Shown here in pieces: positions 45,790-53,382 of a stretch of DNA of 64,000 nt (the stretch's first letter is position 1; the number at the start of each line of letters is the position of its first letter). The stretch lies in the NCBI GenBank assembly GCA_005776885.1, contig SXOD01000019.1, positions 33,577 to 97,576 on the forward strand, given 5' to 3'. Both the position numbers and the translations under genes were made by a program. The notes below the pieces were generated by a model. The model made no database searches, was not told the origin of the DNA, and saw nothing but the letters and a program-made list of their open reading frames with translations. Source of the stretch: Planctomycetia bacterium. Lineage in GTDB: Bacteria; Planctomycetota; Phycisphaerae; Phycisphaerales; SM1A02.

Positions 45790-48300
45790 ATGATCCGAAC
45801 CACCACCGTCTCTGCCATGTTCGTCGCCGCCCTGGCCGTTGGCTCCACCGCCTTCGGTCAGTGGGTGACGCTCGCCAACGAATCCGCCAGCCGCCTCAGT
45901 CCGGCTTCGCTCCAGAACGCCGACAATCTGGAGAAGGACTTCACCTTCGGTGACTGGGACCACGATGGCGACATCGATCTTGTCATGATGAAGAAGTTCC
46001 CCGGATCCATCCAGGGCGGCTTCCCCGATGTGCTCCTCATGAACGAGGGCGGCGTGCTGGTGGATCGCACCGTGGCGCTGGCGACCGCGTCTGATTACGC
46101 GGGGTCGCAGGGATTCTTGGACAACACCAACGACCGCGATGTCAAGGCCGTCGATGTTGACTTGGACGGCTGGCTGGACTTGGTGACCTGCACCACGATG
46201 TCCGACGGATTGCAGCAGTACATCGGCCAGCCGCGCGTGTACATGAACCGTGGCGACGATGCGCAGGGCAACTGGCTTGGCTTCCGATTCGAGGACAACC
46301 GCATTCCGACCATGTTCGCGGCCAACGGAACCGCGGCCAATCCGAGGTTCTGCGAGTTCGCCTTCGGCGACCTCACCGGTGACGGCTATCCCGACCTCTT
46401 CTTCGCCGACTACGACACGCCCGAGACGAGCGGGACCGTCTGCATCGACCTCAACGGCGACGGCGACACCAACGACGCAGGCGAGTGCCAGCAGTCGCCC
46501 GGCGAGACTTCCTCCAACGACTACCAGAACAAGTTGCTGATCAACCAGGGCGCCGCCAATCCCGGGTACTTCACCGACAGCACGACGACGCGTGCCACGT
46601 CAGCGCAGCTCGCCGCAGGCTTTGGCAATGCCGCCGAGATCGCGGACATGAATGGCGACGGGCTGCTGGACATCATCCGGACCAACACGCTCACGGGTGG
46701 GCAGGCCACCGGGTTCCTCTACAACACCAACTCCGGCGGCGGCCCTGGGAATGCCTTCTCCGGGCCGCATGACCTGATCACCGGCACGCCGTACGAGTTC
46801 GCGGTCAGCGACCTCAATGGCGACGGCCGCCTGGACATCGTGGACGCCAACGACGGCGTCGACAAGTACTGGATCAACACCAGCACGCAGGCCAATGGCC
46901 AGATCACGATGACCTCGTACAGCTTGACCGGCGCCCTCAGCGAGTTTGGCAACGCGATTCACTGCGACGACCTCGACAGGGATGGCCGGCCAGACTGCAT
47001 CATTGTTGATGTGGACGCCGACTTGCCCTCCTTCTGCCCCACCACGGGCCGCCGCACGCACATCTATCACAACAAGCCGGTCACGACTTCCGGCATGCTG
47101 GTGGAGGAAGGCAATGTCATCGCCAACAGCGCTCTTGCCGCATGGTTCGATGTCGCGATCGTTGACCTCAACGGTGACGGGTGGCTGGATGTGGTGTCCG
47201 GCGCCTGCTCGGGCGTTCGTGTGTGGATGAACCAGCCGCCGCTCAGCCTGGCGTTCTCTTTCCCCGCGGGTGTTCCCTCCACCGTCGAGCCCAACACGCC
47301 GGTTGCCGTGGAAGTCACCGCGGCCATCGCCGGCGGCGGCACGCTCCTGAACGCACAGCAGCACACTCGCATCAACCATGGCGCGTGGTCGGGGGCTCCC
47401 CTGGTTTCCACCGGCGGGAACAACTACCGCGCCACGCTCCCAGCCGTTTCGTGCGGCGATGAACTCGATTTCTATGTCTCCGGACAACTCTCCAACGGCG
47501 GTTCCACGGTCTACGTCGCACCAGTCGGCGGGGCCAACAGCCCCTACACCTTCAGTGTCTCGACTGGGACGGAGACGATCTTCGCGACTGACTTCGAGGC
47601 GGGCGACGCGGGCTTCACCGTCACCAACGACCCGTCGCTGAGCGTCGGCGCGTGGGCACGCGCTGACCCCAACGGCACGGTGACCACCGGTGGCGCGACG
47701 GCAGAGCCCTACGACGATCACACGGCTGCGGGAACGCAGTGCTTCGTGACCTACCCAGCTGCGGCGGGCAGCACCTCAGGCGCGAGCGACGTGGACCTCG
47801 GGCCGACCTATCTCACCTCTGCGCCGATCGCGAATGGTGGCGGCGACGCACTCGTGTCGTACTGGTCGTGGATTTTCTGCGACGACGCGGCAATCCCCTC
47901 GTCGGCTGACTCACTGCTCACCCAGGTGTCCATCGACGGCGGCGCTTGGGTGACTGTCCAGAGCATGACCGGCTCCGGCGGATGGACCGAGCGATCTTTC
48001 CTGCTGTCCGCCGGAGGCACGCCAGGACAATCGTTCCGGCTGCGCTTCGTGATCGGCGACAACCCGAACGATTCCGTCACGGAAGCCGCTCTCGATGACA
48101 TTTCGGTCTCGCAAGTCCAGTGCGACGCCGGCACTCCGTGCCCCGCCGACCTCACAGGCGATGGAGTCATTGACGGCGCCGACCTTGGCGGCGTCTTGGC
48201 AGGCTGGGGCACCGCCGGCGGCGACATCGACGGCGATGGCGCGACGGACGGGTCCGACCTGGCGGCACTCCTGAGCATCTTCGGCAGCGCCTGCCCGTAA
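45790..48300 (+). CDS. FG-GAP/VCBS repeat protein with a C-terminal dockerin-like module
   Basis: 836 aa. Signal peptide; repeats are GDWDHDGDIDLVM, VDVDLDGWLDLVT, GDLTGDGYPDLFF, ADMNGDGLLDIIR, SDLNGDGRLDIVD, DDLDRDGRPDCII and VDLNGDGWLDVVS. The last 53 aa are CPADLTGDGVIDGADLGGVLAGWG..DIDGDGATDGSDLAALLSIFGSACP. Confidence 0.8.
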   Translation: MIRTTTVSAMFVAALAVGSTAFGQWVTLANESASRLSPASLQNADNLEKDFTFGDWDHDGDIDLVMMKKFPGSIQGGFPDVLLMNEGGVLVDRTVALATASDYAGSQGFLDNTNDRDVKAVDVDLDGWLDLVTCTTMSDGLQQYIGQPRVYMNRGDDAQGNWLGFRFEDNRIPTMFAANGTAANPRFCEFAFGDLTGDGYPDLFFADYDTPETSGTVCIDLNGDGDTNDAGECQQSPGETSSNDYQNKLLINQGAANPGYFTDSTTTRATSAQLAAGFGNAAEIADMNGDGLLDIIRTNTLTGGQATGFLYNTNSGGGPGNAFSGPHDLITGTPYEFAVSDLNGDGRLDIVDANDGVDKYWINTSTQANGQITMTSYSLTGALSEFGNAIHCDDLDRDGRPDCIIVDVDADLPSFCPTTGRRTHIYHNKPVTTSGMLVEEGNVIANSALAAWFDVAIVDLNGDGWLDVVSGACSGVRVWMNQPPLSLAFSFPAGVPSTVEPNTPVAVEVTAAIAGGGTLLNAQQHTRINHGAWSGAPLVSTGGNNYRATLPAVSCGDELDFYVSGQLSNGGSTVYVAPVGGANSPYTFSVSTGTETIFATDFEAGDAGFTVTNDPSLSVGAWARADPNGTVTTGGATAEPYDDHTAAGTQCFVTYPAAAGSTSGASDVDLGPTYLTSAPIANGGGDALVSYWSWIFCDDAAIPSSADSLLTQVSIDGGAWVTVQSMTGSGGWTERSFLLSAGGTPGQSFRLRFVIGDNPNDSVTEAALDDISVSQVQCDAGTPCPADLTGDGVIDGADLGGVLAGWGTAGGDIDGDGATDGSDLAALLSIFGSACP

Positions 48301-48340
48301 GGGCCTCCTGCGGCCTCCGGAGCGTCGCGAGCCTCCAGAG

Positions 48341-48439
48341 TTCCTGAGGTTCCTGAGGTGCCTGAGGTGCCTGAGGTTCCTGAGGTGCCTGAGGTTCCTG
48401 AGGTTCCTAAGGTTCCTGAGGTTCCTGAGGTTCCTGAGC
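48341..48439. repeat. Tandem 9-bp repeat, 11 head-to-tail copies (TTCCTGAGG / TGCCTGAGG)
   Basis: Read directly: units start at 48341, 48350, 48359 ... 48431. Variants are T/G at position 2, one A in copy 8 and a C at the end of copy 11. The array starts 40 nt after the FG-GAP gene stop. Confidence 0.95.
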
Positions 48440-48453
48440 AGAACTCGCGCCGC

Positions 48454-48640
48454 ACGTCGGCGCGGAAACGGACTTCGTTTCAGACGTCGACGCGGAATCG
48501 GACTTCGTTTCAGGCGTTGGCGCGGAAACGGACTTCGTTTCAGGCGTTGGCGCGGAAACGGACTTCGTTTCGGACGTTGGCGCGGAATCGGACTTCGTTT
48601 CGCACGTTGGCGCGGAAACGGACTTCCGAAGTCCGGTTCC
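48454..48640. repeat. Tandem 30-bp repeat, about 6 copies (ACGTTGGCGCGGAAACGGACTTCGTTTCGG-like)
   Basis: Units start at 48454, 48484, 48514, 48544, 48574 and 48604, with a few substitutions. Each carries a small inverted repeat, GAAACG-gactt-CGTTTC. The last unit degenerates into a longer hairpin. Confidence 0.95.
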
Positions 48641-48666
48641 GTGCAAAGGTCCGGCAGGAGGCCGGA
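48613..48666. terminator. Two hairpins between convergent genes (possible bidirectional terminator region)
   Basis: CGGAAACGGACTTC/GAAGTCCGGTTCCG is a 14-bp stem with one mismatch (48613-48641). TCCGGC-aggag-GCCGGA lies at 48650-48666. Neither has a clear U-tract, so the terminator role is tentative. Confidence 0.3.
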
Positions 48667-48693
48667 TTGGGCGAGTTCTCGCTTGCGTGCGTC

Positions 48694-50568
48694 TCAGTCT
48701 TGGACGACGGTGAGCGCGACGGTCGACGGCACCCGGGCGGGGATGGGGATCGACTGCTCCTTCCCATCCGGCCACTGGAGCGTGAGTGACTGCAGTGACT
48801 CGCCCGGAGCCAGGACAAGGCGCGCCACGGGCTCGCTGCTGGAGAGGTAGCCGCGGTGGGGCGCGATCGTCCGACGCCGCTTCGAACCGTCAGAGAGCAC
48901 GGCGGTGACCGTTGCGCCGAGGCCCTGGCGATTGCCTTTGGGACCCTCGGCCCGAAGCGTGATGATTTGCCCACCCACGGGGATGCCCGCAGATCCAAGG
49001 ATGACTTCGACGGGCCCGGCGTTGGATGTGAACACGAAATCGATGGCGCCGTCTGCGTTGAGGTCGCCTGACGCCAAACCGCGCCCGACACGCTTCGCGC
49101 CAATCGGGCCGTGCGCATCGGGTTCGGCAAGCTGGAACATCCCCATTCCCGGCGCCTGAAGCAACACCTGACCGGGCTGCCGGAACTCCTGCCCGGCCTG
49201 GACCGCACTGATCTCTGGTTCCAAGTGGCCGTTGGACTGGACCAGATCCAGCGAGCCGTCCTGATTGACATCTTCCAAGAGAAGGCCAAATGTCAGCACG
49301 CGACGGGTCGGGACGCCAACGCCGCAGAGTATGGCGTCATCGGTGAACTGGAGGCGGCCGGAGGGCGAGGTGTAGAACGAATCGGGCTCGTTGGCAAAGT
49401 TCCCGATGGCGATGGCCAGCTTGCCTGAGCGCGCCGGCCCGCCCTGGGAATCGGCTCGCTCGTCCACGATGATCGCAGAATCGATGCCCATGGCCCCGGT
49501 CGCCGCACCCATCTTGTCGAATGCCAGCCCGGTTGCGACGCCGGACTCCACGAACTTCCCTTGTCCATCATTGACGAAGACGAAGTTGGCCACCGTGTCA
49601 TTGGCGAGCACAACGTCCAGGTCACCGTCGCCATCGATGTCCCGGGCAATGGCGCCAAGCGTCTTCCCGACGGGAACCCCCGTGGCGCGGTTGCGGACGA
49701 TGAATCCGGCCCCGGCGGTGTCGTCCACAAATGTGCCATCAGCCTGCTGTCGGTAGAAGATCGGGTCCGCCCCTTCGAATCCGGTTGGGGGGCCATAGGA
49801 ACGCCCCACACCGGTGAGCGTGTAGCCGACACTTCGGTCGATCTCGGGGCTCCAACTGACGTATTGGGCGGCAAGGAGGTCCAGGTCTCCGTCTCGGTCG
49901 GCGTCGAACCAGACTGCGGCGGTGCCCCAGCCTGGTTCGGTGGTCAATCCTCGCGCGGAGGTGACGTCTTCAAACGCCATCGCGCCACCAGGCGGTGTGG
50001 TGTTGCGCAACAGGAGGTGGCCCGGCGTGTTGGGTGTCTTGACGCCGGTGACATAGAGGTCTGTTCGATCGTCTCCATCGACGTCGACTGCGTACACCCC
50101 CATCGCGTAGATCGGCCGGTTCGCCAGCGGGACCGTTTCAAAACGCGCATCCGCGGCATCGGGCCCTGCGGATGAGCGAAGGATGCGCAGGCCCGTGGTA
50201 CCTGGGGAAGGTGCGCTCGCAAAGGAATCTCCCGACCAGTTCAGCCCGTCCGCGAGGACGATGTCCAAGGCCCCGTCGTTGTCCAGGTCGGCGATCGCGG
50301 CGCCGCCGCCAAGCGTCTCGGGGAGGAGGCGCTCACCGCGAGCTCCGTTGGTGTGCGACCACGCGGGGAGCGCCGAGACCGACTTGAAGGCAGGCTGCTG
50401 GATGGTCGCGTCCTTCGGCTTGGAAGGAACGACCTCCGGCTTGTCGATGGGCTTCGGCGCGGGGCGTGAGAACCACCAGAACCCTGCGATCACCGCAGCG
50501 ATCGCCACACCGCCAAGGACCATACGGGTGGACGAGGACGATGCGGCCACACCTTGCTGCTCAGTCAT
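48694..50568 (-). CDS. CRTAC1-family protein (N-terminal TM anchor, FG-GAP/VCBS repeats, ASPIC/UnbV domain)
   Basis: 624 aa. TM helix VLGGVAIAAVIAGFWWF. Repeats are ADLDNDGALDIVL, VDVDGDDRTDLYV, FDADRDGDLDLLA, RDIDGDGDLDVVL, EDVNQDGSLDLVQ and GDLNADGAIDFVF. The C-terminus has GLGATVTAV...RRRTIAPHRGYLSSSEPV. The start overlaps the cytochrome gene stop by 8 nt. Confidence 0.85.
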   Translation of the reverse strand: MTEQQGVAASSSSTRMVLGGVAIAAVIAGFWWFSRPAPKPIDKPEVVPSKPKDATIQQPAFKSVSALPAWSHTNGARGERLLPETLGGGAAIADLDNDGALDIVLADGLNWSGDSFASAPSPGTTGLRILRSSAGPDAADARFETVPLANRPIYAMGVYAVDVDGDDRTDLYVTGVKTPNTPGHLLLRNTTPPGGAMAFEDVTSARGLTTEPGWGTAAVWFDADRDGDLDLLAAQYVSWSPEIDRSVGYTLTGVGRSYGPPTGFEGADPIFYRQQADGTFVDDTAGAGFIVRNRATGVPVGKTLGAIARDIDGDGDLDVVLANDTVANFVFVNDGQGKFVESGVATGLAFDKMGAATGAMGIDSAIIVDERADSQGGPARSGKLAIAIGNFANEPDSFYTSPSGRLQFTDDAILCGVGVPTRRVLTFGLLLEDVNQDGSLDLVQSNGHLEPEISAVQAGQEFRQPGQVLLQAPGMGMFQLAEPDAHGPIGAKRVGRGLASGDLNADGAIDFVFTSNAGPVEVILGSAGIPVGGQIITLRAEGPKGNRQGLGATVTAVLSDGSKRRRTIAPHRGYLSSSEPVARLVLAPGESLQSLTLQWPDGKEQSIPIPARVPSTVALTVVQD

Positions 50569-53356
50569 TCGAACTCACCTTGTCAAACGCACTCTCGCGC
50601 TGGAGGTCATAGATCACGATGGCTTCCGCGGCGGCGTTGGCCGCGGCGTCTTTCTCGCGCGCCAGGCGCAGCGCACGGTCCGCCGCGTTGTCGTCGGGCT
50701 TGTAGCGGAGGTACTGCGACTGGGCCTTGCCCTCAAGGGCAGCATCGCCTTGCGCAGCAGCCAACTGCATGCGGAGGTACCACGCTCGGATGTTTTCCGG
50801 ATCCAGCGCAAGCGCCTCGGTCACGGCGTCCTGCGCGGTAACCATCAGCGCGCCGGAAGCGGTTGGGTCGGCGGACTCCGCTTGCCGCGCCAACTCGAAT
50901 CGAACTTCAGCCAGTGCCAGCCACACTCGCTCATCCCTTGAGAAATCAAACTGCCGCTCCTTCGCCATCGGCCAGGGCGTGGCCAGCACGGTCTCGAAGC
51001 CCTTGGCGGCCTCAGCGAGCGCGCCGCGTTCCCGGTTGATGCGAGCCACCCAGTACTCGTGCATCCAAGGGAAGGCGGGCATCGTGCCCTCGCCAGCGCG
51101 GGCGAATGCTTCGGCAGCTTCATCGATGCGTCCTTCGACGAGGAACGCGCGACCGCGAGCGGCGGCGCCCAAGCCGCCCTGCAGTTCCTCGACCTTGGTG
51201 AAGCACAATTGTGCCAGCCGCAGGTTGCCCTTGGTCATGCCACCCTGTTGGCGCATCGACGCGATGCCGTAGTCGTACCAGCGCTGCCAGAGCGGGATCG
51301 CGGACTCCTGCGCCGCAATCTTCGCGACAGCATCGTTGCCGTCGCGCGGCGCCACGGGGAAAGTCACGCTGTCGGTGGCCAGCACCAGGATCGGCAGGTC
51401 CATCACGATGGGCTTTCCCGCGACGGCCTCCGTGTAGACATGCGTGAACTTCCGGTACTTCATCGTCGCGGTCACGGTCACCGTGGGGCCGGCGTCGTCT
51501 GGCACGACGAAGGAGTAGTGCGTCAGGTCAGCCGCGCCCGGCGGGATCTGGTGGTTGTAGAGCGCCGTGAAGATGTCCTGCACATTGCGAAGGACGATGT
51601 GGTTGCCGTCTCGGTCAACGATGTAGGCATTGAGGAACTTGGACCAAGGATCAACGGCGCCAACCTGATCCATGCCGCCGCTGAGGCCAATGCGCTTCCC
51701 GCCCGAGGTGAGTTCCACCTCGATCCAGGTCTCGTTGCTGTCCGCAGTCCCCTGCGTGAACATGTGCCCCATCTTGAGGGTGCGCATGAGGACATCGACC
51801 AGATACTCCTGCCCACGCTTGAGTGAGGGCACTTCGGGGCGCAGTGGCGCGATAGGCTCGACTTCCACGCTGGTCCCCTCCCGGAGCGCGATGATGTCCG
51901 CTCGGAAGACGCCCTTGTTGAACTCCTCGGCGTTGTCCAGCACTTCCTGCTTGCAGGGCAGGTCCAGGTACGCGGCGATGGCCGGGTTCCCCGACGGGAA
52001 GGCGTGCGACGGGATCTTGAGCTGGCCCGAGTCATCCAGGCGGTCCGCGCCCAGGTCAGCACTCGCCATCGTCGGCATGTGGCAGCCGTTGCAGTTGAGT
52101 TGGGCCGTCGGTGGGTAGTACCACGACTCGATGCCGTTGCCCGAGACCCCGCTGGTCCGCCAGGCGTCGTAGTGGTCCTGCCCCCGCAGCCACTTGTAGT
52201 GCGTGAGTTCTTCGGGAATGAAGACCTTGTGGCACGATGCACAGAACTCCGCGCTCTTGTGGATTTCTGGCTTGAGGAACGACCGCTTGTGGAACGATGG
52301 CCTCGCCTTGATGAGCGAGTGGTTGATCCACTTCAGCATCGCGTTGTCGGACCCCTGGAACGGGTACGGCTTTGGGGCCTCAAAGATGTATCCGCCGTTG
52401 CCCTCCACGCCGTCGAGGCCCACGATGCCGTGGCAGGCGGTGCAGGTGAGCGAGGCCTTCCCCAGCGGGTCTGAGGCCACGTCGTAGGAGGGATCGTCCC
52501 ACTTCTCCAGCTCAAAGGCGCCCGTGAGGAACGGCACGGGGTCGTGGCAACCCGCGCAGAACCGAGAACCATGCACATTGCCGTCGCGCTCGAACATCGC
52601 CTTGCGGGTGTTTCGGACGGAGAAGGCATAGAAAGGATTGTTGAACGAACTGAAGTTGTGGACGCTCTGCTCGTGCGTCTTGACGGAGTCTTCGTGGCAG
52701 GCGATGCACTCTTCGTCGAAGGCGAAATCGGACAGGTCCGCCAGGTTGCCGGTGCTGGTGCGCACGAGGCTGGGCTGGAAGTACTGCTCGCCGCCGACCG
52801 GTGGCCGACCCTTGCTGGCCATGACCGTGCCATGCCAGAGTCCGACCACGATGAATGCCGCGATCGCGGCGCCACCCCACTTGAGGCCGTCCTTCCAGTA
52901 GATCCGGCCAGCCTCCTTGCGGTGGAGGATGAAGAGAACGATCACCATCACCGGCGTGATGACATGCAGGGCGTAGTTGGCGATGCGCCACGCCGGGTCG
53001 GTCACGCCAAATCGAATGGACCCGACATCCACGCGAGTGAGGACGATGCCCGTGAGCAGCAGGATGATGGCCGTCGAAAAGAGCGCCAGCCCCAGGTTGC
53101 GCGCGCGGCGGTTTGGGTGCTCCCATGCCATCCGCATGTGGAGGATGCCAAATCCGATGACCGGGACCGTGATGACCAGGCCCAGGATCAGGTGCGCCAA
53201 GAACATCCACAGATAGAGACCGTCTTCGACATTCCGCTGGAGCACCTTCTCCGTGAGCGTCGTCCCCACCAAGTAGAGCGAGTTCACCAGGAGGAGTGCG
53301 AAGAGCCCCGCGATCACGAGGTAGGTCTTCTTCAGGCGCGGGGTGACGACTTCCAT
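50561..53356 (-). CDS. Membrane-anchored pentahaem c-type cytochrome with a C-terminal TPR domain
   Basis: 931 aa. Five N-terminal TM helices; five CXXCH motifs (CIACH, CAGCH, CTACH, CASCH, CNGCH); a C-terminal TPR-like region (ARGRAFLVEGRIDEAAEAFARA...WLALAEVRFELARQ...AWYLRMQLAAAQGD). Confidence 0.85.
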   Translation of the reverse strand: MEVVTPRLKKTYLVIAGLFALLLVNSLYLVGTTLTEKVLQRNVEDGLYLWMFLAHLILGLVITVPVIGFGILHMRMAWEHPNRRARNLGLALFSTAIILLLTGIVLTRVDVGSIRFGVTDPAWRIANYALHVITPVMVIVLFILHRKEAGRIYWKDGLKWGGAAIAAFIVVGLWHGTVMASKGRPPVGGEQYFQPSLVRTSTGNLADLSDFAFDEECIACHEDSVKTHEQSVHNFSSFNNPFYAFSVRNTRKAMFERDGNVHGSRFCAGCHDPVPFLTGAFELEKWDDPSYDVASDPLGKASLTCTACHGIVGLDGVEGNGGYIFEAPKPYPFQGSDNAMLKWINHSLIKARPSFHKRSFLKPEIHKSAEFCASCHKVFIPEELTHYKWLRGQDHYDAWRTSGVSGNGIESWYYPPTAQLNCNGCHMPTMASADLGADRLDDSGQLKIPSHAFPSGNPAIAAYLDLPCKQEVLDNAEEFNKGVFRADIIALREGTSVEVEPIAPLRPEVPSLKRGQEYLVDVLMRTLKMGHMFTQGTADSNETWIEVELTSGGKRIGLSGGMDQVGAVDPWSKFLNAYIVDRDGNHIVLRNVQDIFTALYNHQIPPGAADLTHYSFVVPDDAGPTVTVTATMKYRKFTHVYTEAVAGKPIVMDLPILVLATDSVTFPVAPRDGNDAVAKIAAQESAIPLWQRWYDYGIASMRQQGGMTKGNLRLAQLCFTKVEELQGGLGAAARGRAFLVEGRIDEAAEAFARAGEGTMPAFPWMHEYWVARINRERGALAEAAKGFETVLATPWPMAKERQFDFSRDERVWLALAEVRFELARQAESADPTASGALMVTAQDAVTEALALDPENIRAWYLRMQLAAAQGDAALEGKAQSQYLRYKPDDNAADRALRLAREKDAAANAAAEAIVIYDLQRESAFDKVSSND

Positions 53357-53382
53357 GGTTGCATCCTATCGGCGATTGAGAC

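Noticed and set aside
48454-48640. Possible CRISPR array (also considered for 60472-60640)
   Set aside because: The units are directly head-to-tail with no unique spacers between them, the periods are 30 and 28 bp in total, and there are no cas genes in the window. These are tandem repeats, not CRISPR.
48358-48789. 143-aa ORF reading through both arrays as a repeat peptide ((PEV)n then (ARKRTSFxxL)n)
   Set aside because: The arrays are open in several frames on both strands, as expected in GC-rich DNA. The ORF runs into the 3' end of the well-supported convergent CRTAC1 gene. Third-codon positions look atypical for this genome. The units form hairpins. I keep it only as a low-probability alternative because both periods are multiples of three.
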